Counted from the first letter of the stretch, positions 9,097-20,135 are shown. The stretch is 64,000 nucleotides of DNA from Halodesulfurarchaeum sp. (GCA_042216015.1 JBDGUI010000007.1:33652-97651), one strand, 5' to 3'. The notes: generated by a model not told the origin, from the letters alone. Program-made: numbers and translations.

Positions 9097-10862
9097 CGCT
9101 CGGTCCTCCGGCGGGAAAGCGCGGATTTCGTCACGTCACCCTCGTAGACGACCCCGCGCTCGCCGTCGATCGTCACTGTCCGACCCGGCGTGAGGTCTTC
9201 GACGTCGGCCCCGCTGACCATCGGAATCTCGAGTTCGCGGGCCACCATGGCGGCATAACTCGTCATTCCCGACCGGGCGCTGACGAGGCCACCCAGGTTT
9301 TCCACACCGTCGGTCAACTCCTCCTCGAAGTCCGACCGGATGACGGCGATGCTCCCCGGGTCGATGGTCGTCAGGTCGGTCGCGGCAAGTTCGACGATCG
9401 GTCCGGAGACCCGGCCATCGACCACCCCGCGACCGACTGCCAGCGTCTCCGCGGCGACGTGGACTTTGAGCGTGTTGGTCGTGTCCTCGCCCTCGAGTTC
9501 GGTCATCATCCCGGTGAGAACCACGACGGTATCGCCCGGGTCGATCACGCCCGAGTCGAGGGCCGCCCGCACCGAGTCCTGAATGACCGTGGTCGCCGTT
9601 CCCGTCTGCACGTCCGCGTACTGCGCGTTGACCCCCCAGACCAGGCCAAGTTGCCGACGCACGTGGTCACTCGGCGTGGTCGCGACCACCGGGACGCTCG
9701 GGCGGAACTTGGCCACTCGCCGGGCCGTGTAGCCGGATTCGCTGGCGACCACGACGGCGCTTGCATCGACGTCCCTGGCCAGGTACCGGGCCGAGCGGGC
9801 GAGTGCGTCGGTCCGGCTCTCCCCGGAGGCCTCGGGCACCCGCTGCTCGACGATGTCCGCGTACTCCTGGGAGGCCTCGATCTCCCGGACGATCCGGTCC
9901 ATCGTCTCGACGACCCGCGTGGGGTCTGCCCCGATCGCGGTCTCCGCGGAGAGCATCAGGGCGTCGGTGCCGTCGAGGACCGCGTTCGCCACGTCGGAGG
10001 CCTCCGCGCGGGTCGGCCGCGCCTGGTCGACCATCGAATCGAGCATCTCGGTCGCGGTGATCACCGGCACCCCGGCCACCTGGCTCTTCGTGATTATCCG
10101 CTTCTGGATGAGCGGGACGTCCTCCATCGGGAGTTCCACGCCGAGGTCGCCCCGCGCTACCATGATCCCCTGGGCCGCCCCGATGATCTCGTCGAGATGC
10201 GATACGGCGTCGGCGCGTTCGATCTTGGCGATCACGGGAATCTCGCCGTCGAGGGCCTCGATGGCCCGCCCCACCTCGAGCACGTCCGCCGCGTCCCGGA
10301 CAAAACTGGCGGCGACGAAGTCGGCGCCGGATTCGACCGCGAGTTCGAGATCAGCCCGGTCCTTCTCGGTGACGACGTCGACGTCGAGTTCGACGCCCGG
10401 CACGTTCACCCCCTTTCGGCTTTCGAGTCTCCCGCCGCTCACCACGGTCGCGTGCACGAGGTCGTCCTCCACCGACTCCACCCTCGTCTCGATTCGGCCG
10501 TCGTCGAGCAACACCCGATCGCCGGGTTCGACCGGGGAGATATCCGCCGTGAGCCCGATTCGATCGGGGGTGACCTGGGTGGACTCGACGAACGTGACGG
10601 TCGATCCGGTGGCGAGTTCGACCGGCTCGTCGGTCTCGCCAGTTCGGATCTCCGGCCCCTGGAGGTCGACCATGACGGCCACGGGCTTCTCGGTCTCGGC
10701 GTCGACCGCGGTTGCATGCTCGATGAGTTCGGCCCGATCGGCACGGGTCCCGTGGCTGGAATTGATCCGGGCCACGGTCATCCCGGCGTCCGCGAGGGCG
10801 CGTATCGCGTCCCGATCCTCGGTGGCCGGGCCGAGGGTGCAGACGATCTTCGCGTTTCGCAT
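9093..10862 (-). CDS. pyk: Pyruvate kinase with C-terminal PEP-utilising swivel domain
   Basis: KIVCTLGP, DLQGPEIR, IMVARGDLGVE, PTRAEASDVANA; ATG at 10862. Confidence 0.97.
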   Translation of the reverse strand: MRNAKIVCTLGPATEDRDAIRALADAGMTVARINSSHGTRADRAELIEHATAVDAETEKPVAVMVDLQGPEIRTGETDEPVELATGSTVTFVESTQVTPDRIGLTADISPVEPGDRVLLDDGRIETRVESVEDDLVHATVVSGGRLESRKGVNVPGVELDVDVVTEKDRADLELAVESGADFVAASFVRDAADVLEVGRAIEALDGEIPVIAKIERADAVSHLDEIIGAAQGIMVARGDLGVELPMEDVPLIQKRIITKSQVAGVPVITATEMLDSMVDQARPTRAEASDVANAVLDGTDALMLSAETAIGADPTRVVETMDRIVREIEASQEYADIVEQRVPEASGESRTDALARSARYLARDVDASAVVVASESGYTARRVAKFRPSVPVVATTPSDHVRRQLGLVWGVNAQYADVQTGTATTVIQDSVRAALDSGVIDPGDTVVVLTGMMTELEGEDTTNTLKVHVAAETLAVGRGVVDGRVSGPIVELAATDLTTIDPGSIAVIRSDFEEELTDGVENLGGLVSARSGMTSYAAMVARELEIPMVSGADVEDLTPGRTVTIDGERGVVYEGDVTKSALSRRRTER

Positions 10863-10950
10863 TACCCTCCCTTCGGCCGCCCCTCGAATAAAGGTGTTAT
10901 CCGGCCGGTGGCAAAAACGGCCACCTTCGACACGAGCGAGGTGACTGGCC

Positions 10951-13035
10951 CTACTGGATTTTCGTGCCGGGTGGACTGTCGTCCTGCGTGGTGAGGAGGT
11001 CGGCCTTCTCGCCGGCGGCGAGCAACATTCCATTCGACTCGACGCCGAAGAGTTCGGCCCGCTCGAGGTTCGCGAGCAGCACGATCTTCGTCCCGGGAAG
11101 CTCCTCGATGTCGTGGAGCTGTCGGATGCCCGCGACGACCTGCCGGGTCTCCCGTCCGATGTCGACCTCGAGGCGGACGAGCCTGTCCGCGCCCTCGATC
11201 GGTTCGGCGGATTCGATCTCGCCGACGCGCATGTCGAGATCCTGGAACTCCTCGAAGCTGATGCGATCCTCACTGATGGGTTCGATGTCGGTCATGGGTG
11301 TGTCCTCGCTGTCGTCCGCGGTCGTTTCGCCGTCCCCCTCCATGCTGTCGGCGTCCTCGATCTTTTCCTCCAGTGCCTCCTGCCGGTTGCGAACTTGCTC
11401 GTCCTCGATCTTTTCGAATGGCTCCCGCGGCTCGCCGAACGTCGCAGGTGGCGTCTCCAGACAGGCGTCGAGGGTCGCCTCGCTGGCCGTGCCCGATTCG
11501 TTCAGGTCGGCCCAGATCCGCTCGGCGGTCTGCGGGGTGAACGGCTCGAGCGTGATCGCGATGGCTTTCACGAGCTGGACCGTATCCCGGATGACCTGAG
11601 CCGCCTCCTCGGGATCCTCCTCGGTTAGTTTCCAGGGCTCCTTGCGCTGGATGTACTCGTTCCCGTAGCGGGCCAATTCCAGGGGGACCGCTCCCGCATC
11701 CCGGACCGAGTACTCGTTGAGCGCTGCCTGGAAGTCCGCCATCGCGTCCTCGATTTCGGCCTCGACGCCCGAGGTCGGGACCACCTCCGGCGTGCCGTCG
11801 TAGTTTCGACTTGCGAAGAGCAACGCGCGGTAGACGAAGTTGCCCACGTCGTCGGCCAGTTCGGTATTGACCCGCTCCTGAAATGACTCCCAGGAGAAGT
11901 CGATGTCCCGCTCGAACGCACCCGAGGTGGCGATGTAATATCGCAGCAGGTCGGTCTCGAAGGGCGAGTCGAGATATTCCTCGGCCCACACCGCCCGGTT
12001 CCGACTGGTCGAGAAGCCCGCGCCGTCGAGATTGACGAAGCCGCTTGCCATCACCGCTCTGGGCTCGTTGAATCCGCTCCCTTCGAGCATCGCCGGCCAG
12101 AAGACGGTGTGGTGCTGGATGATGTCCCGGCCGATCACGTGGACGATCTCGCCCTCCCCATCGCGCCAGACCTCCTCCCAGTCGTATATGTCCCGCCCCA
12201 CGTTTTCGGTGTACTGTTTCGTGGAGGCGATGTACTCGATAGGGGCATCGACCCAGACGTAGAGCACCAGGTCGGTCTCCTCGCCGTCCCGGTCGGGGTA
12301 GTCGATCCCCCAGTCCAGATCGCGGGTGATACACCAGTCCTGCAACTCGCCCTCGATCCACTCTCTGGGCTGGTTACGGGCGTTCTTCGTTCCCTCGAGG
12401 CGGTCGATGAATTCGGCGAGGTAGTCCTGAAAGGCCGAGACCTCGAAGAACTTGTGCGTCCGCGTCCGGTATTCGGCCGGGTTCCCCGTGAGAATGCTCG
12501 TCGGATTTTCGATCTCGCCGGGCTCGAGGTGCCGCCCACAGCCCTCATCGCACTCGTCACCACGGGCCTGCTCGCCGCAGTACGGACAGGTCCCCTCCAC
12601 GTAGCGGTCCGGGAGGGGCTGATCCTCGATCGGGTCCCAGGCGACCTCGATCTCCTTCTCGTAGACGTGGCCAGCCTCGTCGAGGGTCTCGACGATCTCG
12701 GTGGTCAACTCGACGTTCGCGTCCTGGTGGGTGTGTCCGTAGTGGTCGAAGTCGACGTCGAACTGCGGGAAGGTCTCCTCGTAGGTTTCGTGCCAGTCGA
12801 GGGCGAATTCCTCGGGGGAGACCCCCGCCTCGGCGGCGTTGACCGCGATTGGGGTTCCGTGCATGTCCGACCCCGACACGAAGGCGGTCTCCTGACCGAT
12901 CGTCCGGAGTGCGCGAGTCAGGACGTCGCCGCTCACGTACGTGCGCAGGTGGCCGATGTGGAGGTCCCCGTTGGCATAGGGAAGCCCACAGGTCACCACC
13001 GCCGGGTTGTCCGTGGGGAACGGCTCGTGGCTCAT
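10951..13035 (-). CDS. metG: Methionine--tRNA ligase
   Basis: PYANGDLHIGH (HIGH), Zn knuckle, FSTSR (KMSKS equivalent), C-terminal tRNA-binding OB domain. Confidence 0.97.
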   Translation of the reverse strand: MSHEPFPTDNPAVVTCGLPYANGDLHIGHLRTYVSGDVLTRALRTIGQETAFVSGSDMHGTPIAVNAAEAGVSPEEFALDWHETYEETFPQFDVDFDHYGHTHQDANVELTTEIVETLDEAGHVYEKEIEVAWDPIEDQPLPDRYVEGTCPYCGEQARGDECDEGCGRHLEPGEIENPTSILTGNPAEYRTRTHKFFEVSAFQDYLAEFIDRLEGTKNARNQPREWIEGELQDWCITRDLDWGIDYPDRDGEETDLVLYVWVDAPIEYIASTKQYTENVGRDIYDWEEVWRDGEGEIVHVIGRDIIQHHTVFWPAMLEGSGFNEPRAVMASGFVNLDGAGFSTSRNRAVWAEEYLDSPFETDLLRYYIATSGAFERDIDFSWESFQERVNTELADDVGNFVYRALLFASRNYDGTPEVVPTSGVEAEIEDAMADFQAALNEYSVRDAGAVPLELARYGNEYIQRKEPWKLTEEDPEEAAQVIRDTVQLVKAIAITLEPFTPQTAERIWADLNESGTASEATLDACLETPPATFGEPREPFEKIEDEQVRNRQEALEEKIEDADSMEGDGETTADDSEDTPMTDIEPISEDRISFEEFQDLDMRVGEIESAEPIEGADRLVRLEVDIGRETRQVVAGIRQLHDIEELPGTKIVLLANLERAELFGVESNGMLLAAGEKADLLTTQDDSPPGTKIQ

Positions 13036-13096
13036 GGGTATGGATGCCGGCCCGGCAGGTTAAAGCTCCCCGTTTTGCAGCCAGGGACGAAGCGTG

Positions 13097-14170
13097 TCAC
13101 TTCTCCCGCTCCAGGCGGTCGAGGTCAGCGAGAAACGATTCGAGCATCGACCGGGTCACGTGGGGCATGATGACCAGCCGAATCGCGGCACTTCGGGTCC
13201 GGGCGATTTTCCAGCCCGCCTCCCGGAGGGCCTCGAACTGCCCGTCCGCCGGGTGCCACGAAACCAGCGGGAGCGTCGGTGGCGTGACGTTGTAGCCGCG
13301 GGATTCGAGTTCCGACGCGATCCAATCCGCCAGGTCCATCGTTCGCTCGAAGGCGGCTCGGTAGCCGGCTGGCCAGAGCGCCTCGATCGCCGCGGCTGCA
13401 CTTGCGACGCCGGCCCCACTCCGGGTGCCCCCGAGTGAAACCTGCTTCTCGGAGGCGAGATAGGGTGTTTTCACCTCGAGGGCCTCGAGCGTGGCCTCCT
13501 CGCGGGCGAGGAACCCACCCGCGGGGACCGCTGCCCGACCGGTCTTGTGGGGGTCGATGGTCATGGAGTCGATTCCGGCGTGTCCGAAGTGCCACTCGCG
13601 GTCCGTGAACGGGAGCAGAAACCCGCCGAAGGCCGCGTCGACGTGGCAATGGGCGTCGACGGAATCGGCCAGTGCGGCCAGTTCCGGGATCGGATCGACA
13701 CGGCCGTACTCGGTCGAACCGGCGACACAGAACACGAGCGCAGTTCGCTCGTCTGCGGCCTCGGCCATCGCGTCCGGGTCGGCCCGGTGGGTCGAATCGG
13801 TTTCAACGAATCGAACCTCGACGTCGAGCAGTTCGGCGGCCTTCCGGAGCGAGAAGTGGGCGCTGTCCGGGGCGATCACGTTCGGGTCATCGTGTTTCGA
13901 GCGGTTCCTGGCCGTCCGCACCGCCTGGAGGTTGGCCTCCGTTCCGCCGGCCGTAACATATCCCGATGGGTCTTCGAGTCCGACGATTTCCCCGAGCATC
14001 GTGACGACCGTGGCCTCGAGGTCGGCAGCCGTCTCGAAGGTGGCCGGATCGCCGGGGTTGGTCCCAAGGAACTTCCGAGCGGCCCGCTCGGCCACCGGTG
14101 CCGGCCGCGTGCACATCGAGGAGAGCACCCGATCGAAGGACTGGGGGTCCGAAGACGGGAATCCGGGCAT
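13097..14170 (-). CDS. mfnA: PLP-dependent tyrosine/aspartate decarboxylase
   Basis: VLSSMCT, TNPGDP, GGTEAN, HVDAAFGG, IDPHK (PLP Lys); ATG at 14170. Confidence 0.9.
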   Translation of the reverse strand: MPGFPSSDPQSFDRVLSSMCTRPAPVAERAARKFLGTNPGDPATFETAADLEATVVTMLGEIVGLEDPSGYVTAGGTEANLQAVRTARNRSKHDDPNVIAPDSAHFSLRKAAELLDVEVRFVETDSTHRADPDAMAEAADERTALVFCVAGSTEYGRVDPIPELAALADSVDAHCHVDAAFGGFLLPFTDREWHFGHAGIDSMTIDPHKTGRAAVPAGGFLAREEATLEALEVKTPYLASEKQVSLGGTRSGAGVASAAAAIEALWPAGYRAAFERTMDLADWIASELESRGYNVTPPTLPLVSWHPADGQFEALREAGWKIARTRSAAIRLVIMPHVTRSMLESFLADLDRLEREK

Positions 14171-14240
14171 ATTCAGGATGAGTCGAACCAGCCGCTTATC
14201 GATTGCGCTCCCCCGCTCCGGCATTCCCCCGGCGAACAGG

Positions 14241-15479
14241 TCACCCCTCGGTGAGCTCTCGAATTCGTTCGGGAACGGGCGGATGCCGGTAGTGAAACGT
14301 CTCGTAGAGCGGGTGGGGAAATGGGTTCCCGAGGTTTTCCCGCTGGAGTGTGGCCAGTGCCTGGGCGAGCGGTTCACCCCCGCCGACGACCTCCATCGCG
14401 AAGTCGTCTGCTTCGCGCTCGTTCTTGAGCCAGCGCCGGTTCGACAGCGGCTGGGTGAACTGGGCGATCGGCTCCAGCCAGAGGGTCGCGAGCAGGAGTC
14501 CGGCCGCCGGAACTGCCGGGACGTCGAACATCGCGTAGAGCCACGTCGTTTCCATGAGGAATTGTGCGAGAAACAGGAGGACGCCGGCCTGCAGGACGCT
14601 CACGGCCATTCCCTCCCAGATGTGCCCCTTCTTCCAGTGGGCGAGTTCGTGGGCGAGAACGCTCTGGAGTTCCTCGGTATCCAGTTGGTCGATCAGCGTG
14701 TCGTAGAGGACGACCCGTTTGGCCGCTCCGAAGCCGGTGAAGAAGGCATTCGAGTGACCGGACCTGGTGCTGGCGTCCATCTCGTAGACGTCTTCGCAGG
14801 TGAACCCGGCTCGCTCGAATACCGTCTCGACCGCCTCCCGAAGCTCCCCCTCCTCGACCGGATCGAAGTCGTAGAACAGGGGCATGATCACCCGCGGAAC
14901 CAGCACCTGGCTCGCCAGACTGAAGACGGCGACGACGCCCGTCGCTGCGAGCCACCACCACTCCGGGAACTGCTGGACGACGACCAGGATCGCCCCGCCC
15001 AGCAGTCCGACCAGCACGACCGCCACGGCCGTGCTCACCAGCGCATCACGGACGAACAGCCCCGGAGATTGTTCGTTGAATCCGAACGCCTCCTCCACTG
15101 CGAAGGTTTCGAAGGCGTCGAAGGGGAGCTGAATCACCTGCATGAGGATCGTGGCACTGACGAACAGTGCAACTCCGGCCAGTAGCTGGTTTCCGATCGC
15201 TGCGTCGAGGCCGGTCACCAGATCGCCGAAGAGTCCCGAATACAGGACGAGTAACACCAGTCCGAGCAGGACGACCTGCTGCAACTGCGCGGACGCCGTC
15301 GTCAACCGGTGGTATTCGAGGAGGCGGTCGGGATCCTCGATCCCGAGGGTGTCTACCAGCCAGTCGGCACGGTCGCGGACGGCTCGCTCTGCGTAGCTGA
15401 CGTTCTTCCCCGCGAGCCACAGGAAGAAGGCCGTCGAGCCCACGACCAGGAGCAGGAAAGCGGTGTGAAACGGGAGCAT
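14241..15479 (-). CDS. M48 family (Ste24-like) membrane metalloprotease
   Basis: NAFFTG, VLYDTL, HELAH (HExxH), EREAD, HPPVPERI. Confidence 0.92.
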   Translation of the reverse strand: MLPFHTAFLLLVVGSTAFFLWLAGKNVSYAERAVRDRADWLVDTLGIEDPDRLLEYHRLTTASAQLQQVVLLGLVLLVLYSGLFGDLVTGLDAAIGNQLLAGVALFVSATILMQVIQLPFDAFETFAVEEAFGFNEQSPGLFVRDALVSTAVAVVLVGLLGGAILVVVQQFPEWWWLAATGVVAVFSLASQVLVPRVIMPLFYDFDPVEEGELREAVETVFERAGFTCEDVYEMDASTRSGHSNAFFTGFGAAKRVVLYDTLIDQLDTEELQSVLAHELAHWKKGHIWEGMAVSVLQAGVLLFLAQFLMETTWLYAMFDVPAVPAAGLLLATLWLEPIAQFTQPLSNRRWLKNEREADDFAMEVVGGGEPLAQALATLQRENLGNPFPHPLYETFHYRHPPVPERIRELTEG

Positions 15480-15555
15480 ATGGCTCTGGTAGCACACATC
15501 CCCGAAAACGTCTGTCGTTCCCCGGCGGTCGAGTGCTGTCGGATGCTGGGCAGCG

Positions 15556-17805
15556 CTACCGGACCGAATCCAGCAGGAGGCGCTGTTCGGTCCGCTTGAC
15601 CTCGTGTTGGACGTCCCGAACCGCGTCGATGTTCGCCGAGATGGAGGAGATTCCCTCCTCGACGAGGAAGTCGACCATCTCCGGTTTCGAGCCGGCCTGT
15701 CCACAGATGCTCGTGTCCACGTCGTGTTCCCGGCAGACCTCGATGGTCCGGCCGATGAGCTTGAGTACGGCGGGATGAAGTTCGTCGAAGCGGTCGGCGA
15801 CCCGCTCGTTGTTCCGGTCGACGGCGAGGGTGTACTGTGTCAGGTCGTTCGTGCCGAAGGAGGCGAAGTCGATTCCCTCCCTGGCCATCTCCTCGACGGT
15901 CATCACACTCGCCGGCGTCTCGATCATGACGCCCCACGAGCGCTTTTCGGGGTCGATGCCGACCGCTTCGAGGTGTGCTCTCGCCTGCTCGACGTCCGCG
16001 GCGTCGTTCACGAGCGGGAACATGATCTCCACGTTGTCGTATCCCATCTCGAAGAGGCGCTGGAGCGCCTCGAGTTCGTATTCGAAGATCTCGGGTTCCT
16101 CGAGGCTCCGCCGAATCCCGCGCCATCCGAGCATTGGATTGTGCTCGCTCGGCTCGTCGTTCCCGCCCTCGAGCTGTCTGAACTCGTCGGTCGGTGCATC
16201 GAGGGTCCGTACACGAACCGGCCGGGGGTAGAACTCCTCTGCGACCTCCCGAACGCCGGTGACGATCTCGTCTTTGTAAGCGTCCGCTCCGTGATCCGCG
16301 AGGTATCGCTGTGGGGTCTTGTTCGTCCCGAGGATCATGTGCTCCATCCGAAGCAGGCCTACCCCGTCCGCGCCGGTCGCCGCGGCCCGTTCGGCGGCCC
16401 CGGGGATCGAGATGTTGACCTTCACCTCCGTGGCAGTCATGGGCTTGACGGGGGCCTTGGGTCGTGCCTCCTCGATCGGCTCGCGTTCGGCCTGGGCGGT
16501 GTCTCGTCCCTCCCGAACGTCGCCGCGATCTCCGTCGATCGTGACGACCTGGTCGTCCTCGAGGACGTCCGTCGCGTTTCCGGTTCCGACGACAGCCGGG
16601 ACGCCGAGTTCCCGGGAGACGATGGCGGCGTGACTGGTCATCCCACCCTCCTCGGTGATGATTCCCGAGGCCCGTTTCATCGCTGGGACCATGTCCGGGG
16701 TCGTCATCGGCGTGACGATGATGTCTCCCTCCCCGACCTTGTCGAGCTGGTCGAGCTTGCGGATCGTTCGCACGGCTCCCGAGGCGATTCCCGGGCTTGC
16801 CCCGAGCCCCGACAGCAGGCTTTCGCCGTTCGACTCCTCGTCGTGTTCGCCCTCCTTTCCCTCCTCGATCGTCGTGATCGGGCGGGACTGAAGCATGTAC
16901 ACCGTCCCGTCGGCGATCGCCCACTCCACGTCCTGGGGGGTCCCGTAGTGGTCCTCGACCCGCTCGCCCATCGCGACGAGTTCCTCGATTTCCTCGTCGG
17001 TGAGGACCCGCGCCGTTCGCCTGTCTCCCTCGATCGGCTCGGTGACCGTCTCGCCGGTTTCGGGATCCCGGACCATCTCCAGTTTCTTCTCGGCAACGGT
17101 GGCCTCTTCGAGGTCGCCCGTCTCCCGATCGACGTGGTAGTTATCCGGGGAGACCGACCCCGAGACGACCGCCTCGCCCAGCCCCCAGGCGGCCTCGATG
17201 ATCGTCTTTTTCTTCCCGGTGGAGGGATGGCTGGTGAACAGCACCCCGCTCTTCTCGGCGTCGACCATCTGCTGGACGACGACGGCGATGTCCACCGCGT
17301 CGTGGGCGAATCCCTGTTGCTCGCGGTAGTAGATCGCTCGCTGCGTGAAAAGCGACGCCCAGGCCCGTCGCACGCGGTCCAGGAGCTGGTCACCCCGGAC
17401 GTTGAGGTAGGTCTCCTGCTGTCCGGCGAAACTGGCCTCCGGCAGGTCCTCGGCGGTTCCCGATGAGCGGACCGCGACGAAGGGTTCCTCCCCGTCGAGG
17501 TCCCCGTATGCCGCTATGATCTCCTCCTCGATGGCCTCGGGCACCGGCGTCTCCAGAATCAGTTCCTTCGCGCGCGATTCGGCCTCCGCGAGCGCCCCCG
17601 AGTCCTCGGTCTCAACGTCGACGGCTGCGAACAGCTCCTCGGCGATGCCGGTGTCTTCGATGAACGAGCGATACGTGTCCGCGGTGACGACGAACCCGGG
17701 CGGGACGGGGAGGCCCGCGTCGGTCATCTCCCCCAGGGAGGCCCCCTTCCCGCCGACGCTTTCGATGTCGTCGGTCCGTACGTGATCCAGCCAGCGTACT
17801 GCCAT
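15556..17805 (-). CDS. ppsA: Phosphoenolpyruvate synthase
   Basis: VGGKGASLGE, AVRSS, SFAGQQET, GGMTSHAAIVSRE (phospho-His), FGTNDLTQ; ATG at 17805. Confidence 0.97.
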   Translation of the reverse strand: MAVRWLDHVRTDDIESVGGKGASLGEMTDAGLPVPPGFVVTADTYRSFIEDTGIAEELFAAVDVETEDSGALAEAESRAKELILETPVPEAIEEEIIAAYGDLDGEEPFVAVRSSGTAEDLPEASFAGQQETYLNVRGDQLLDRVRRAWASLFTQRAIYYREQQGFAHDAVDIAVVVQQMVDAEKSGVLFTSHPSTGKKKTIIEAAWGLGEAVVSGSVSPDNYHVDRETGDLEEATVAEKKLEMVRDPETGETVTEPIEGDRRTARVLTDEEIEELVAMGERVEDHYGTPQDVEWAIADGTVYMLQSRPITTIEEGKEGEHDEESNGESLLSGLGASPGIASGAVRTIRKLDQLDKVGEGDIIVTPMTTPDMVPAMKRASGIITEEGGMTSHAAIVSRELGVPAVVGTGNATDVLEDDQVVTIDGDRGDVREGRDTAQAEREPIEEARPKAPVKPMTATEVKVNISIPGAAERAAATGADGVGLLRMEHMILGTNKTPQRYLADHGADAYKDEIVTGVREVAEEFYPRPVRVRTLDAPTDEFRQLEGGNDEPSEHNPMLGWRGIRRSLEEPEIFEYELEALQRLFEMGYDNVEIMFPLVNDAADVEQARAHLEAVGIDPEKRSWGVMIETPASVMTVEEMAREGIDFASFGTNDLTQYTLAVDRNNERVADRFDELHPAVLKLIGRTIEVCREHDVDTSICGQAGSKPEMVDFLVEEGISSISANIDAVRDVQHEVKRTEQRLLLDSVR

Positions 17806-17985
17806 GTGGCAGGTGTATGATTCCGGAGTGGACCCATGAAGGTTGCGGCAATTCGTTCGAGTCATTTTGGAGTCGGCCACGCCGCCCGGGCCCGGCGGTA
17901 GTCAAAGGAGAGGAACCGGTTCGGAAGAGGGGGGTGACTGGATGCGTGGCGGAATATTGAAACCACGTCCGCGCATGGCCCCGAC

Positions 17986-18414
17986 ATGGACCAGAAACGC
18001 TCGCTCCGATGGGCGGTCCGGTACTTCCTCTCCACCACCGCCCTGTCGTTGCTCGGGGTGGCCCTCGTCGGTCTCGGTGGGTACCTCGTCTACAGTGGTC
18101 TCGTGCTGGGTCCGGACACGCTCTTCGGGTTTCGATACCCCCACTTCACGACCCAGAGCTATCTCGGGCTTCTGCCGGTCGTCCTCGGCCTCGCGGTATG
18201 GCGGCTCGGCAAGGCGTGGGCGCTTTATCACACGATGACCGGGGCGATGGAGGAGGAACTGGGGGACACCTTCGACACCGAACACGTCAAAAGCGACATC
18301 GTCGCGGTGCTCGACGACCGCCTCGCGGACATGCAACAGGACCTCCAGTCGGTCAACCGCGAACTCAGGGAGGTCAAGCAGGATGACGACTTCGAATTCG
18401 GGTCCGAGGACTGA
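17986..18414 (+). CDS. Hypothetical membrane protein (2 TM plus acidic coiled coil)
   Basis: Two hydrophobic helices, acidic tail, genome-typical codons. Confidence 0.72.
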   Translation: MDQKRSLRWAVRYFLSTTALSLLGVALVGLGGYLVYSGLVLGPDTLFGFRYPHFTTQSYLGLLPVVLGLAVWRLGKAWALYHTMTGAMEEELGDTFDTEHVKSDIVAVLDDRLADMQQDLQSVNRELREVKQDDDFEFGSED

Positions 18415-18533
18415 CCCGACTCGATTTCTCGACGGACAGGCTTCACGAGCCGAGTCCATCGGCTCGCTCGCCGACCGAGATGGCATGAGTTAAAGTCCGC
18501 GGACACCACGTTTGCTGATGGTGACCGAACCCA

Positions 18534-19229
18534 ATGGCTGAGCTTCCCGAGGAATTCAACTGCACCATCACGAACTGGGATTACATTTACGGCCTCAGTC
18601 GCACCGTCGCGGACCAGGTCAAGGCCGCGGAGTTCGAACCCGACGTCATCGTGGCGCTGGCCCGGGGGGGCTGGTTCTCCGGGCGGGTGCTGTGTGATTT
18701 CCTCGGTCTCGACGACCTGACGAGCCTCAAGATGGAACACTACGTCGGGACGGCCGCGAAATCCGACGAACCGGAGATCCGCTACCCGATGCCCGAGGGC
18801 TCGGTCGCGGACAAGGACGTGCTCATCGTGGATGACATCGCGGACACCGGGGAATCGATCCGACACGCCTACGAGTACGTGACCGACCGTGATTCAGGCG
18901 AGGTCCGGACGGCCACGCTCCAGCTCCTCCAGACGAGCGAGTTCGAGCCCGACTTCGTCGGCGAACGCCTCCAGGAGTGGACCTGGGTCGTCTATCCCTG
19001 GAACTTCATCGAGGACATGATCGACCTCGTCGCCGGCGTCATGGAGAAGGGCGGCGATGGCCCGTACACGAAGACCGAGATTCGAAACCTCCTGTCCACG
19101 TATCACGACGTCGACCGCATCGAGATGGAGATCGCCCAGCCGAACCGGCTGGAGGAGGTTCTCGAGGAGATGGTTCGTCGGGAGGTGATCGTCCGGAGCG
19201 GCGATTCCTGGACTCTCGCCGAGGACTGA
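18534..19229 (+). CDS. Type I (purine-type) phosphoribosyltransferase
   Basis: ALARGG and PRPP loop VLIVDDIADTG. Confidence 0.88.
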   Translation: MAELPEEFNCTITNWDYIYGLSRTVADQVKAAEFEPDVIVALARGGWFSGRVLCDFLGLDDLTSLKMEHYVGTAAKSDEPEIRYPMPEGSVADKDVLIVDDIADTGESIRHAYEYVTDRDSGEVRTATLQLLQTSEFEPDFVGERLQEWTWVVYPWNFIEDMIDLVAGVMEKGGDGPYTKTEIRNLLSTYHDVDRIEMEIAQPNRLEEVLEEMVRREVIVRSGDSWTLAED

Positions 19230-19283
19230 CTCGCCCCGAGCGTGAACCCAACGGTTTAGGTCGAGTCGCGAAAAGAGCACGTT

Positions 19284-20135
19284 ATGATCGGCTTCATCGG
19301 CGGCAGCGGCATTTACGAGGCCCTTCCGCTCGCGAACGTCCGGGAGCGAAACGTCTCGACGCCGTTTGGGGAGCCAAGCGCGCCCGTGACCATCGGCACG
19401 TACGAGGGGACCGGGACCGAAGTCGCCTTCATCCCGCGACACGGGCGCCACCACCAGTACTCACCGACAGACCTCCCCTATCGGGCGAACATCTACGCCC
19501 TCAAGTCCCTCGGCGTCGAACGCGTCATCGCGAGCAACGCGGTCGGGAGTCTCCGGGAGGATCTCGAACCCCGAACGCTGGTGATCCCGGACCAGCTGTT
19601 CGATCGCACTCGTCACCGCGAGTACAGCTTCTTCGGCGAGGGGATGGTTGTCCACCAGGGCTTCGCGGAGCCCTTCTGTCCCGACCTCTCCGGGACGCTC
19701 GTGGCAGCGGCCGAATCGGCGACTGACGCGTCCGTCGCCGACGGCGGCACCTACGTCACGATCGAGGGGCCACAGTTCTCCACCCGCGCGGAGAGCGAGT
19801 TCTACCGGGAACAGGGCTTTGACATCATCGGTATGACCGCCATCCCGGAGGCGAAACTGGCCCACGAAGCCGAACTCTGCTATGCGACGGTGGCCGGCGT
19901 GACCGACTGGGACGTCTGGAAGACAGACAGCACGGTCTCACTCGAGGAGGTGCTGGAGAACGCTTCGCACAATGAGCGCGCGATTCAGGCAGTCGTCGGG
20001 GCGGCGATCGAGTCGCTCGGTGAGCGGGACTGTGACTGCGAGTCGGCCCTCGAGGGCACCATCAACACCGATCCCGAACACGTCCCGAAAGAGACCCTCG
20101 AATCCGTGGAGTTGTTGGTCGAGGACTACCTGTGA
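19284..20135 (+). CDS. mtnP: S-methyl-5'-thioadenosine phosphorylase
   Basis: GFIGGSG, PRHG, YRANIYAL, EGPQFSTRAES, GMT. Confidence 0.92.
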   Translation: MIGFIGGSGIYEALPLANVRERNVSTPFGEPSAPVTIGTYEGTGTEVAFIPRHGRHHQYSPTDLPYRANIYALKSLGVERVIASNAVGSLREDLEPRTLVIPDQLFDRTRHREYSFFGEGMVVHQGFAEPFCPDLSGTLVAAAESATDASVADGGTYVTIEGPQFSTRAESEFYREQGFDIIGMTAIPEAKLAHEAELCYATVAGVTDWDVWKTDSTVSLEEVLENASHNERAIQAVVGAAIESLGERDCDCESALEGTINTDPEHVPKETLESVELLVEDYL

